Assembly: GCA_026936335.1 (NCBI GenBank)
Contig: JAPMXV010000069.1
Coordinates: 186,001-250,000, forward strand
Reading direction: 5' to 3'
Length of the DNA: 64,000 bases
Origin: Mantamonas sphyraenae STR306
Taxonomy: Eukaryota > Protista > CRuMs
The notes under the pieces: model-generated
Told to the model about the DNA's origin: nothing
The model's database searches: none
Seen by the model: only the letters and a program-made list of their open reading frames with translations
Made by a program: the position numbers and the translations under genes
Shown: positions 1-10,187 of the stretch, piece by piece
Layout of the letters: each line of letters opens with the position of its first letter
Position numbering within the stretch: the first letter of the stretch is position 1

Positions 1-7
1 GGCAGAG

Positions 8-1870
8 ATGGAAATGATGTACGAGGAGCGGCTGCAGGAACAAATGATCGCGGCGGACACGCGGCTGGACACCAAAATGTCGCTGTTTGCAGATCAACAG
101 CAGGCGGCAGCAACGTCGGAGGATCCGTACCTGCGTACGGCACACAACAACCTGAAGAAGCAGTATCAACTGGCGCAGGAGCGTGTGTACGCGCTGGAGA
201 AGCGAAACGAAACGCTGAGCGAAGAGCTGCAGGCGCGTGTGAATCTGGTGGCGCAGCAGGCGGCAGATTTGGCCAAGGAGAAAACGCGGTCGGCGAATGT
301 TGGAGCACAGTTGAAGCAGATGCGCGGGGCACTGGAGTCGATGACGGATCTGGAGACAAACCTGCGGCGGTCGCTGGAGAACGAGGCGAGGGTGAAACTG
401 AACCAGCAACGGAACGAGATTGCAGCGAATGCGCGGGAACAGGTGGCGGCGGTGGAGCACAAGTTGCGTGAGGAGAGGAAGAAGAACGCACAGCTGGAGG
501 AGACGTGCAAGAAGCTGCAGGCGCGTGTGACAAAGCTTGTGCAGTGGCAGCAGCACACACAGGAGCAAATCAGGACGATGCAGGAAAAGAACGGAAACCG
601 CAGCAAGACGGGCAAGAAGAAGAAGAAGGAAGACACAACGACATTCTTGCACGCACAGCCCAACGTGGCGTACGCGGACACGAGCCACAAGATCGAAATG
701 GGCAAGGAGAGCAAGGCAGGCGAGCTGCAGGACTTTCTGGATTCGCACGGATCGCCAAAGTTCAAGAAGTACCAGGCGCTGGCAGTGGATGCAAAGCGCA
801 ACAGCCAGGGCGGAGGGCAAAAGACCGTGAGCACGCTGTGGTCGGGAATGGTGGCGCCGTCGCCGTCGGGCAAGGGCTTTTCGGTGAGCTTTACGGACGT
901 GGAGAAGCTGGAAAAGGCGAGTGTGGAACCGAAGCGGATGACACGCGCTCGTGCACGTGCACTGAACATGAGCGGAAGCAAGGGCAGCAACAGCGCAGCT
1001 GGAAGAGACAAGGCCACAGCTGTATTTGGAGAGGAGGATGGAGGCAACGTGCGTGAAGAAAGGCAGAAGAAGGAGAACGAGCAGGGCGGGGAGCCGATGG
1101 AGGAATTCGACTCGTTGCAGGTGCACAAGGTGGACGTGGTGCGACGTGCAAAGCGAGCCGGAGTGCGTCCGCCGCGCAGCACACGCAAGCGCAGCAAGGA
1201 TGACGTGGAGGAAGTGGAGCGTGTGGAGATGGATGTGCGTGACGAGATCAAGCGCAGGCGTCTGGGGATGCAGGCACGACAGGCAGACCCAGTGATGGTG
1301 GTGGAAGAGGAAGAGGCGGGGTCCACGTCGTCCAAGGCGGCAAAGGGCAAGAAGGAGAGCAAGAAGGAGAGCAAGAGCAAGGCCAAGGGCAAGGGCATGT
1401 CGCTGGCACAGAGGTTGCTGCGGTCCGGAAAGAAGAAGAGCAAGAAGGAGGATGCGTACGCGTTTGACGAAGATGACGAGGAGGAGGAAGAAGAAGTGGA
1501 TGAGGAGGAGGAGAGGGTGGTGGAAGAAGAGGTGGTGGTGAACACGCGAGCAGCAGGTGGTAGCTCGGCGATGATGAGCGAGCTGGGAGCGGCGCTTCAA
1601 CGTCGCAAGGAGAAGCAGAACAAGGAGATGGAAGTAGAAGAGGCAGCAGAGGTGGTGGAGAAGAAGGTGGAAAAGAAGGTGGAAAAGAAGGTGGAGAAGA
1701 AGGAGGAGAAGAAGGAGGAGAAGAAGAAGAAGCGAAGGAAGCTGTTTGGAAGGAGCAAGAAGGTGGTGGTGGATGACGCAGACGAAGGAGAGGATGGAGA
1801 GGAGCGTGGAGAGAGTGTGGAGGCGAGTGCGTTGCCCATTGCACAGCGTCTCCGAGCTGGATTGGTGTGA
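8..1870 (+). CDS. Coiled-coil protein with K/E-rich disordered C-terminus, function unknown; probably 5'-truncated by the window
   Basis: 620-aa ORF open from the window edge, with G-ending codon bias like the other + strand genes. Heptad-like N-terminal ~190 aa and a short helix (MMSELGAALQRRK) near the C-terminus. Confidence 0.75.
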   Translation: MEMMYEERLQEQMIAADTRLDTKMSLFADQQQAAATSEDPYLRTAHNNLKKQYQLAQERVYALEKRNETLSEELQARVNLVAQQAADLAKEKTRSANVGAQLKQMRGALESMTDLETNLRRSLENEARVKLNQQRNEIAANAREQVAAVEHKLREERKKNAQLEETCKKLQARVTKLVQWQQHTQEQIRTMQEKNGNRSKTGKKKKKEDTTTFLHAQPNVAYADTSHKIEMGKESKAGELQDFLDSHGSPKFKKYQALAVDAKRNSQGGGQKTVSTLWSGMVAPSPSGKGFSVSFTDVEKLEKASVEPKRMTRARARALNMSGSKGSNSAAGRDKATAVFGEEDGGNVREERQKKENEQGGEPMEEFDSLQVHKVDVVRRAKRAGVRPPRSTRKRSKDDVEEVERVEMDVRDEIKRRRLGMQARQADPVMVVEEEEAGSTSSKAAKGKKESKKESKSKAKGKGMSLAQRLLRSGKKKSKKEDAYAFDEDDEEEEEEVDEEEERVVEEEVVVNTRAAGGSSAMMSELGAALQRRKEKQNKEMEVEEAAEVVEKKVEKKVEKKVEKKEEKKEEKKKKRRKLFGRSKKVVVDDADEGEDGEERGESVEASALPIAQRLRAGLV

Positions 1871-1904
1871 GAAGGGAGCAATGGATGCTTTCGTTTGGTT
1901 CACT

Positions 1905-4900
1905 TCACACGCGTGCGGGTTCGTCATCCACGATGTGCTGTCCACTGCCGACGCCCTGGGCTTGTGCGTCGTCGTCGACATCGGCTTCGGGTTGTGCGTC
2001 GACCTCGTCGAGCTGCATAAAGGCTCCAGTGACCTGACGGGAGCGGCGGATGGCGGAGAACCAGCCGTCGTTGCGGAGGCGGCGGATGCCGATGGTGAGG
2101 GCGTAGAGGAGGATGGCAAAGGCACCTGGGATACTGACGGCAAGGGCAATGATCATGTCGTTGTCGAGTGCCGGGGTGGACGGGGGCGCCTTGTTGCCCG
2201 AGTCATCGCCCGAATTGCTTCCTCCTCCGTCGTCGTTGTCGCCTGGACTGGCGACGAGCCACCAAATGGTGTACCGAGCTTCATAGATATCCGACACGTA
2301 GCCGTGGACGCCAACGATGTAGTCGCCGTTGCTGACCTGGCCGAGCTTGAGCGTGTGGGTGCGTCCGGAAACGCAGATGCCCGGCAGATCGCAGGAGATC
2401 TCAGCCCAGGTGTGCTGCTGGATGGTGGGCACCAGCTGCTTGCGTACGTAAATGTCTGGGTCGCCCGTGTGTGCGGTAAGGAGGATGTTTACGTCGCCGG
2501 TGAGGTTTGCGTCGACGTGGAAGCGATGATAGGTCCACTGGCCGCAGCGGACAGTGCCGGTGTAGTGTTGGGAGGGTTCCATGGGGACGATTTCACGGGA
2601 GCAGTCGAAACCAGTCCAGCCGTATGAGCACTGGCAGACGCCTTGGTCAGTGCACTGGCCGTGAGAGGAGCAGTTGTACGCACAGGCGGTGGGGCCAGCA
2701 GCCTCTGCAGACACGCGTCCAGAGACGGCCATGGCAAAGCGCTGCGGACCCTGGGCGACGTTTGTGCCCTGCACGATGATTGTGTAGAGGCCCGGGGCCG
2801 GGGTTGGGACGACGATGCGTTCGACGTTGTTTGCATCGTCTGCGGTGGCCTGGGGGCAGGCGAGGTTCTCTGCGTTGCGTTCCCTATGGTTGCCGACGTA
2901 GACCGAGCCATCGGGTCCCTGGAGGTGGAGGTCGAGGTTGTTGACGAGGGTCCATGCAGAGCCCAGCTGGGCCGGGGGATCGTACCAAGTCAGGGTGACG
3001 GTGAGGGGAAAGTCATCGGAGGAGGCGTTGGTGGGTTGCGGATGCACTCGGATGTATGTGCGATGGACGTCGTTGGATTGGAGGCCATTCTGGTCGTGGG
3101 TGTCGTAGACAAGGACGCGCAGGCCCCGGTCCCAGGTGGAGCCGTTGAGAGGCAAGACGCGATCGAGCTGGATGCGTCCGAAGCCCTGCTCAAAGGACGG
3201 GGCGGCAGATTCGCGCGGAGGAGCAATGGTGCCTCCGGCCATGGTTTGAGCGCTGGAGATGGCGAGCGCCTTGAGGAGGACACCCGAGATGTCACGTGGG
3301 GTGGGCGGCTGTGTGTGGTAGCCCATGCGAAAGTACTGCCGGATGAGCGCGAGGGATCCTGCGGCAATGGGGCTGGCCATAGAGGTGCCGGAGATGGTGA
3401 GCGGGTCCTCGGAGCAGCTGGGGCTGGTGACGCTGCCGTCTGCTCGGACGCTTGCGACGCGGTATCCCGGGGCAACAAGGTCGGGCTTGATGCGCGAGTC
3501 TGCAGTGGGTCCACGGGAAGAGAAGGAGGCGAGGTTGTCGGTGAAGTGGAGTTGGGCCACAGAGTCTGCAGACGGGGTCAGGGTGGGGCCGAGGGAGACG
3601 TACGCGTCGGGGAGGGCCTTGAGGGCATTGCCGTCGGCCAGACTAATCATGCAGCTGGGGATGGTGAGCGAGGGTGCAGAGCCACCCATGGCAAAGACGG
3701 GCGAGTTTTCGTTGTTGACAATGACGACTGCGCGTGCACCTGCATCCTGTGCGTGTTTGATCTTGTCGACAAAGAAGCAGGTGCCTCGATCGATGAGGGC
3801 CACCTTGCCCGTGAGGGAAGCTGCGGGAAGGGGCGAACAGGCGTCGGGTGGGACGGTGGTGGCCAGGGATGCGTTGAGGACGAGTTTGTCGTTGACGCCG
3901 GTGGGCTGTTCTGTGAAATCACTCATAAAGGCGAGAGGGGACGGGTGGGACGAGGGGACGTCGACACGCACAACGCGGTAGCCAAGGCTCTGGAGAGCGT
4001 TGTAGGAGGCGCCGACGGCAATGCAGTTCTTTGCGGTGGCGGGTGAGGAGACGGAAAAGTATCCGCGAGAGCCGGTGTTGCCCGCGGCGACGAGGACGGC
4101 GTAGTCTGGGTACGCGTGTGTAAACTCGTCGATATCCTGTGCGGTGGAGGTGTAACTGTTGAGGTTGGAACCCCAGGAGTTTGTGTCGATGCGTGCGCCG
4201 GCGTTGCGGTGGTCGGGAAACAGTTGTGTGTTGAGGTCGGAGGGCACAGAGAGACCCGAGGTGCACCGATCTGTACAAATGTCGGTAAATGCGACACGAG
4301 CCTTGGGTGCCATGCCATTGTACTCTGCGGCGGAGGCAGAGGCAGAGAGGGCGTCGGCTGCAATGGAGCCGACGACGTGTGTGCCATGCCCAGCGGCATA
4401 GTCGCCACCATCGGCGTATCGAGTGCGATACATGACAAGTTTTCGATGGTTCTGGTTGACAGTGTTGACCGGCACGGCAACGGCCGGGTCTGAGAAGTAG
4501 CAGGAATCGTAGTCGACGCCCGTGTCGGAGCAGCCGACGACCTCGCCTTGGCCCTGGATGCCGGCGTCCCAGAAAGGGGATGCGTCCTGTCGGTTGCTTT
4601 GGGTGACCCAATGGGCCCACTTGTTGTGGAGGGACATACGGAGGCGTGGCTGGGCGACGAGGACGTCGGGGTGGGCTGCGATGTGATGGAGAGCAGTCTG
4701 GAGGGCACTGTGGTCATGTGTGGGTTGTTGGATGGTGAGGACGAGCTTGCGGCTGCCCGGAACGATGTGTGCGCTGACAGGAGCCGGAAGGAGGGCGGTC
4801 ATGCGGTGCACCAGGGCGTCGGCGAGGCCGGAGGGCACGCGATGGGCGACGGGATGGATGAGAAGGTGGAGATGGTTGGGATAGTCATGGATGTGGTGTG

Positions 4901-5417
4901 CGTGGTCGGACTGTGTGGTATGGTGGAGGTCGAGGAGGATTGGGTCGAGTTTGGCCGAAAGCGGAAGCGGCTGGGAGCCAATGAGACGCGGATGGGTGAG
5001 GAGGTCGCGGAGAGGACCGCGTGATGGGTCGAGACGAAGCGAGTGGGCAAAGCGAAGGACACCGGGAGAGAGCCATGGGATGTGATGGCCGTTTCGGAGG
5101 CGGAGGGCGGTGCGAATTGTGTGCTGGAGCGTTTCGGGGATGGGCAGTTTGAAGTGGAGGAGACGCGGGTGTGTGTGACGAACGCTGGAGTGGTTGGCCC
5201 AGACATGTGGCGAGAGGGAGTCGAGAGGATGATTGGATGGGTTGTGTAGAGGATGTGCGTGGGAGAGGGCGAGGGTGGCGGAGGTCAAGTGGGCCACACC
5301 CGGAGCGTAGCGTCCAGGGGAGGATTGTGGTGTATACATGCACACGATGAGTGTAGGAAAGAGGAGGAGGAGGAGGAGGAGGAGGAGGAGGGTGGGGTTC
5401 GAGGAAGGATGGGTCAT
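1905..5417 (-). CDS. Type I membrane subtilisin-family (S8, KP-43/TagC-like) serine protease with PA, beta-sandwich, EGF and PPC-like domains
   Basis: Catalytic motifs SDTGVD, GHGTHVVGS, AAGNTG and SGTSMASP. PA domain (GKVALIDRGTCFFVDK), EGF (CSSHGQC...CQCSYGWTGFDC) and a C-terminal TM. Start set at ATG 5417 ahead of a poly-Leu signal peptide; the longer ORF start overlaps ELP2. Confidence 0.92.
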   Translation of the reverse strand: MTHPSSNPTLLLLLLLLLLFPTLIVCMYTPQSSPGRYAPGVAHLTSATLALSHAHPLHNPSNHPLDSLSPHVWANHSSVRHTHPRLLHFKLPIPETLQHTIRTALRLRNGHHIPWLSPGVLRFAHSLRLDPSRGPLRDLLTHPRLIGSQPLPLSAKLDPILLDLHHTTQSDHAHHIHDYPNHLHLLIHPVAHRVPSGLADALVHRMTALLPAPVSAHIVPGSRKLVLTIQQPTHDHSALQTALHHIAAHPDVLVAQPRLRMSLHNKWAHWVTQSNRQDASPFWDAGIQGQGEVVGCSDTGVDYDSCYFSDPAVAVPVNTVNQNHRKLVMYRTRYADGGDYAAGHGTHVVGSIAADALSASASAAEYNGMAPKARVAFTDICTDRCTSGLSVPSDLNTQLFPDHRNAGARIDTNSWGSNLNSYTSTAQDIDEFTHAYPDYAVLVAAGNTGSRGYFSVSSPATAKNCIAVGASYNALQSLGYRVVRVDVPSSHPSPLAFMSDFTEQPTGVNDKLVLNASLATTVPPDACSPLPAASLTGKVALIDRGTCFFVDKIKHAQDAGARAVVIVNNENSPVFAMGGSAPSLTIPSCMISLADGNALKALPDAYVSLGPTLTPSADSVAQLHFTDNLASFSSRGPTADSRIKPDLVAPGYRVASVRADGSVTSPSCSEDPLTISGTSMASPIAAGSLALIRQYFRMGYHTQPPTPRDISGVLLKALAISSAQTMAGGTIAPPRESAAPSFEQGFGRIQLDRVLPLNGSTWDRGLRVLVYDTHDQNGLQSNDVHRTYIRVHPQPTNASSDDFPLTVTLTWYDPPAQLGSAWTLVNNLDLHLQGPDGSVYVGNHRERNAENLACPQATADDANNVERIVVPTPAPGLYTIIVQGTNVAQGPQRFAMAVSGRVSAEAAGPTACAYNCSSHGQCTDQGVCQCSYGWTGFDCSREIVPMEPSQHYTGTVRCGQWTYHRFHVDANLTGDVNILLTAHTGDPDIYVRKQLVPTIQQHTWAEISCDLPGICVSGRTHTLKLGQVSNGDYIVGVHGYVSDIYEARYTIWWLVASPGDNDDGGGSNSGDDSGNKAPPSTPALDNDMIIALAVSIPGAFAILLYALTIGIRRLRNDGWFSAIRRSRQVTGAFMQLDEVDAQPEADVDDDAQAQGVGSGQHIVDDEPARV

Positions 5418-5469
5418 GGTTTTGGAGGATGGGGTTGGCTGGGATTGGGCGTGGTGGGGTTCGGGGGTT

Positions 5470-8411
5470 TCATTCTTCGTTGAGGGGAGTGGGGAGGGAG
5501 AGAGCATGGAGGCGGACAGTGTGGTCGTCCGAGACAGAGACAAGGTCCCATGAGGATTGTTGGGTGGGTGTGGCTGGCCCGCGCCACTTGAGACGGTTGA
5601 CACGTGCGGCGTGTGCGTCGAGGCCAGTGAGGGAGGCGATGGTGTGCCATGTGCATGTGTCGAGAAGGGTCTTTTTCGCAGCGGTGGCCGGGCCCGATGT
5701 GAGGGAGGAGGCGGCTGTGTTTCGTGCAAAGCGGCCCCTCTTCTTCTTGCCCTTCTTGCTTGCAGTGGTGGTGGAGGAGGGTTGGGATTCGGATGGGGTG
5801 GAAGTGGAAGGTTCTGTGGTTGTGGTGGTGGTGGTGGTGGTGGTGGTGGTGGTCGGTTGCAGGTTGCTGGAGAGAATGTGAATGTCGCCGTTGTCAAGGC
5901 CGACGGCAACGACGTAGTGGTTGTTGGAAGGGGAGAGGCCGGGCGCAAAGGCTACGGCAGTGACTGCGTCGGAAAAGAGGGGCATGGAGCAGAGCTTGTC
6001 ATATGGGGAGGAGGAGGTGCTGGTGGTGGAGGAGGAAGAGGAGGAGGAGGACGTGGAGGAGTCACCGTGCCAGATGTGGACGGATTGGTCGCGGGAGCAG
6101 GTGGCAAAGAATGCATCGTCGTGAGCCCATGAACAGCCCCAAGCAATGCGTTCGTGGGCGACAATGCGCGCAGCTTCGGTGTAGAGGGCGGCGTCAGCAT
6201 CCCAGCGCCAGAGGAGGGCGAGACGGTCACGTGTGACCGCAAGGATGTGTGTGTCGTCGTGGCTGAATTCGATCTGGACAATGGTCATGCGCTTGGCCTG
6301 CAGGGCTTGGAGCTGCTTCCAGTTCTGCGTGGACCAGAGGCGGACGACGGCCTCACTGGCTTCGCGTGTGCGACAGCCGGTGGCCACAAAGCGACCGGCG
6401 TGGTCAGCAGCGAGGCAAAAGATCTCGTGGCCGTGGCCATAGAGCTTGTTGGACTCGGCCCACAGGCTGTGCTGCAGCAGGTACTCTTCCTGGGGAGGGG
6501 CGGTGACGGCGGTTGCGCCGAGGGCATCGTTGTGGCTGAGGTATGCGTGAGGTCCATAGCCTCCGGTGCCTTCATCGCCTTCGTCCATGCCCTCCTCGTC
6601 GTCGGGCATGGCGTCGCCTGCGAGGTCGAGCTCAGTCTGCGCCTGGGACGGGGCATCCTTTTGCTTCTCGGCCGACGAGGGGTCGGTGTCAAAGATGGGC
6701 TTGTTGGAGAGACCGAGGGTGGGCACATTGGCAGCGGCGGGACGAGCGGCGCGTGCGTCGTCGTCCTCATCAAAGAGCGAGTCTTGGCCCGTGATGGCGA
6801 CGAGAGAGTCGACAAAGACGGACGGGGCGTCAAAGACACGCAACACCTTTTCCTCGCCGCCCGAGAGCATGCGGTGGGGCTTGGTGGAACAGAACTGGGC
6901 ACACACCATGTCGTAGCCGTGCATTTGTGGCCGTGCGATCTCGTGCCAGGTGTGGGAGGCAGCATACGGGGCCCAGATGCGCGTGGTCTGGTCCTTGCTG
7001 GTGGACATGAGGTAGGACTGGGTGGGATCCCAATCGACGTCGCGGACGGCGTCAAAGTGGCCTGAGGGCGTGAGCTGGGCGGTCCAGCGGCCTGTGTCGT
7101 CGCCGTCGCGATCGGAGGCCCACATGTGCAGGGCGCCCTGGTAGCCATGGGCGAGGATGTGCGTGCCGTTGGGACCGTAAAGGCCGCCAAAGAAGCCCAG
7201 GGTGTTGCCTCCGAGCTCACCCACGCGTGTGTAGTTGATCCAAACGCCGTCTGCGTCGTCATCGGGCTGCCAGAGCATCATGGTGCGGTCCATGGAGGCG
7301 GTGAGGAGTTTGAGGGGTTGTGCGCCGCCTTGGATGCGCGGGTGCCAGCGTGCAGAGTAGACCCAATCCTCGTGGCCTGTGAGGCGTGCTTCGAGGAGGA
7401 GGGCAAGTTGGGTGTCGTCGTCCAGGTGGAGGAGAAAGGTCTTTTGGGAGATGCGAGAGGCGGAGGTGGTGCCAGCGTCTGCGGCTGCCGGTGCTGCTGT
7501 GGTGTTGCCTGTGGCCACAGACAGGCGATGGGTGTCTGTGGAGAAGCGCCACAGGCGGACGGAGTTGTCCTGGGCAGCACTGGCGAGGAGGAGGTCGCCC
7601 GAGTCGGTGGTGCAGAAGGAAAGGTCACGGATCCAGTCCTGGTGGCCGGTGAGCTTGAGGAGGGGATCAAAGGCGTCGGCTTGGGCGGGACACAGCCACA
7701 GGTGAATGCGTGTGTCGACGGAACCGAGGGCAAGGACAATGTGGCCTCCGGGCAGCTCGGCCAGCGCGGCGGCTTCGCACATGCGAGGGGCAAACCGCTC
7801 CTGCTGGAGCATGTGCCATGAACCCGGGAGCGGGCCCGAGTCACGGCGCCACACAGAAATGGAAAAGTCGCCAGAGCAGGCGGCGAGCCAGGTGGTGCCG
7901 TTTGAGTCGACGAGGGTGGCGAGAGCGGTGATGGAGTCTGTGTGAACGGCCAGGGAGGCCGTGGAGGCATAGAGATGGGAGGAGGAAGGGGAATCGTTGG
8001 AGGAGGCGGAGGAGGCGGAGGAGGACGACGATTCCGTGCTTTCGGTGGACTGCCAAATGAGAATGGAGCCGTCCGAGGCGCCCGAAGCAAATTCGACTTC
8101 GGGGGCCGACCAGCGTGTGTCGTGGTCGACAGTTGCATTTTGGATCCAGGAGACGGTGTTGACGCGTGCAGTGTGGCCCTTGAGGATGTCGTTGATGGAG
8201 GAGGTCTGGGGAGGGGAGGAGGTGTGGTGTGAGAAGGGTGGATTTCGAGGGAAAGTGGACACGGGGGGGGGGGCGGACGTACGGTGGGGTCATAGATGGC
8301 CACATTGTGATGGCAGCCAAATGCGACAGTGTTTATGTTTGTCGCCCAGTCGGCAGCCTTTGGGACGCGGTTGCAACCAGCGGCGGTGAAGAGAGGGTTG
8401 AGGGAGGTCAT
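5470..8411 (-). CDS. ELP2: Elongator complex protein 2 (WD40); intron 8206-8282
   Basis: Motifs GCNR, GHQDWIRDL, GHEDWVYS, WHEIARPQMHGYD, EEKVLRVFDAP, LGLSNK, LWAESNKLYGHG. A 77-bp GTACGT...CAG intron joins YDPT to TSSINDILKGH in frame. Confidence 0.95.
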
Positions 8412-8515
8412 GCGGTTCGGTGTTGGGGAAGCCGGGGCGTGAGTGTGTGTGTGACTGTATTGTTTTGGGATGAAGGAGGTGAGAGGATGAGAGGATGAGA
8501 TTGCACATGCCATGA

Positions 8516-9979
8516 TCACCTTCCGCCTCGGCGGCGGTTGGGCTCGGGAAAGGAGAGCGGGAGGACGAGACGTGCGCGACACTGGCGCTCGCCATCCTTG
8601 CGCTTGACAGAGTAGCGGCAGCCGAGCTCGTTGAAATACACACGCGCCTGGTCGTCGCCGAGCTGAAAGTCGCGTACGAGGGCGCTGGGGTCAAAGTCAA
8701 AGGCCTTGAGGTGGAGAGAAAGAACAAAGGCGTGGAGGATGAGTTTGCCCTTGAGACGCTTGTCGCGGTGGAGGCGGTTGCCCGAACGGGAGCAAAAGCG
8801 TGCGAGAAGGTGGCCAGCGACGGTGTTGTCGCAGCCGAGGGTCTCGAGGAGCTCCTGTCGGCGATTGAGGACAGAGTCGCGTGCGTGATGGAGGCGGTAG
8901 AGAAGGGCGAGGTAGAGGAGACGACGGGCAAACTCTTTGCCACGGCGCTCATCAGTCATGTTGGCCATGCGAGGCAGCTGATCGAGGACAAACTGTGGAT
9001 AGGCGTCGGTGGAGATGTCTGGGTAGGGTTGTCCTTCGTCGTCAAAGAGATCGAGGATCTCCTGGATGTCGAGGGCGGCGCGCTCGTCCTCAGACATGAT
9101 GCCATCGATGGGATAGGCGTCGATAGGATCTGTGGCATCCTTGTTGTAGGGTGGAAGGAGGCGCTGGTTGATCTGTGTGGAGAGAACCTCTTGGCTGGCG
9201 GGTTCCTGGGTGGCTTTGACGGCGAGGGCCTGGGATACAGCCATGCGGCCGCCCATGTTGTCCTTGTTGACGCTGTTTGTGATCTGAGAGGCGACGGCCT
9301 GCTTGGACTTCTTGCCGCCAAAGGAGGAGATGAGGAGGCGTTGGACGTCGCGTGCACTCATGTCCTTGAGGGCGGCATCCTCGACGTCTGTGTCGAGACC
9401 CTTGACGCTGCCCTTCATCTTGTAGATGTGCTCGACGGGCACGAGTTCGAGGGACTTGCTGGCACGATCAAACACGCCGACCAGGTAGGTGTGCATGTTT
9501 TTCTGGGCGGCATGCGTGCCAAAGTTGCTGCCCTGGAAGAGCATGCGCTCGGTTTCGAGGTGGACGCGGCGCTGCTTCTGCTTCTTTGCGTTGGCCGAGT
9601 CCTTGCGGAAGCAGCGGGCAGATTCAAAGAGGGAGTCGGGCAGGTCGTCTGGATGGGAGTCCGTCGAAGACGAGCGTGGGCGTTTGGAACGCCTGGGCTG
9701 GCCCTTTGGGAAGTATGCTGTGGAGGAAGGAAGGGGGAGAAGGGGGGGGAAGGGGGGGAGGGAGGGGGGAGAGGAGGGTTGGTATGGAGGAAAGGGCGAT
9801 GGGGTGGGCAGAGGAGGCTTACCAAGGACGGGACGGCCTTTCTGATTGGCAGTTTCGGGGACACATTTGATGCGCAGGGAGATGGAAGAGGAGGAGGAAG
9901 AGGAGGAGGAGGAGGTGGTGGTGGTGGTGGTGGTGGTGGACTTGTTCTTTTTGCGCTTCTTGGTGGTGTCGGTGGCCAT
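8516..9979 (-). CDS. RPA49: RNA polymerase I subunit RPA49/PAF53-like; in-frame intron 9718-9822
   Basis: Motifs YLVGVFD, LISSFGGKKSK, LLPPYNKDATDPIDAYPIDGI, YFNELGC and ARLVLPL. The Pro-rich insert is a 105-bp GTAAGC...CAG intron. Confidence 0.85.
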   Translation of the reverse strand: MATDTTKKRKKNKSTTTTTTTTSSSSSSSSSSISLRIKCVPETANQKGRPVLGKPPLPTPSPFPPYQPSSPPSLPPFPPLLPLPSSTAYFPKGQPRRSKRPRSSSTDSHPDDLPDSLFESARCFRKDSANAKKQKQRRVHLETERMLFQGSNFGTHAAQKNMHTYLVGVFDRASKSLELVPVEHIYKMKGSVKGLDTDVEDAALKDMSARDVQRLLISSFGGKKSKQAVASQITNSVNKDNMGGRMAVSQALAVKATQEPASQEVLSTQINQRLLPPYNKDATDPIDAYPIDGIMSEDERAALDIQEILDLFDDEGQPYPDISTDAYPQFVLDQLPRMANMTDERRGKEFARRLLYLALLYRLHHARDSVLNRRQELLETLGCDNTVAGHLLARFCSRSGNRLHRDKRLKGKLILHAFVLSLHLKAFDFDPSALVRDFQLGDDQARVYFNELGCRYSVKRKDGERQCRARLVLPLSFPEPNRRRGGR

Positions 9980-10187
9980 GGCGGATTTTTGGGGGATGGT
10001 TGGGTGCAGGGGGGCGAGGGCGTGGGGATGGGAGAGGTTGGAGGGGGGTTGGGGGAGGCAGGAGAGGGGGAGGGGGGGACGGGAAGGGCGAGGGGGTTGA
10101 GGTGAGGTGGGATGGGATGGGATGAGGAGGCGTTGGATGGAAATCTGGGCGCAGACTCCTCCAAGGGAATTGCAAGAATTGCGTGCG

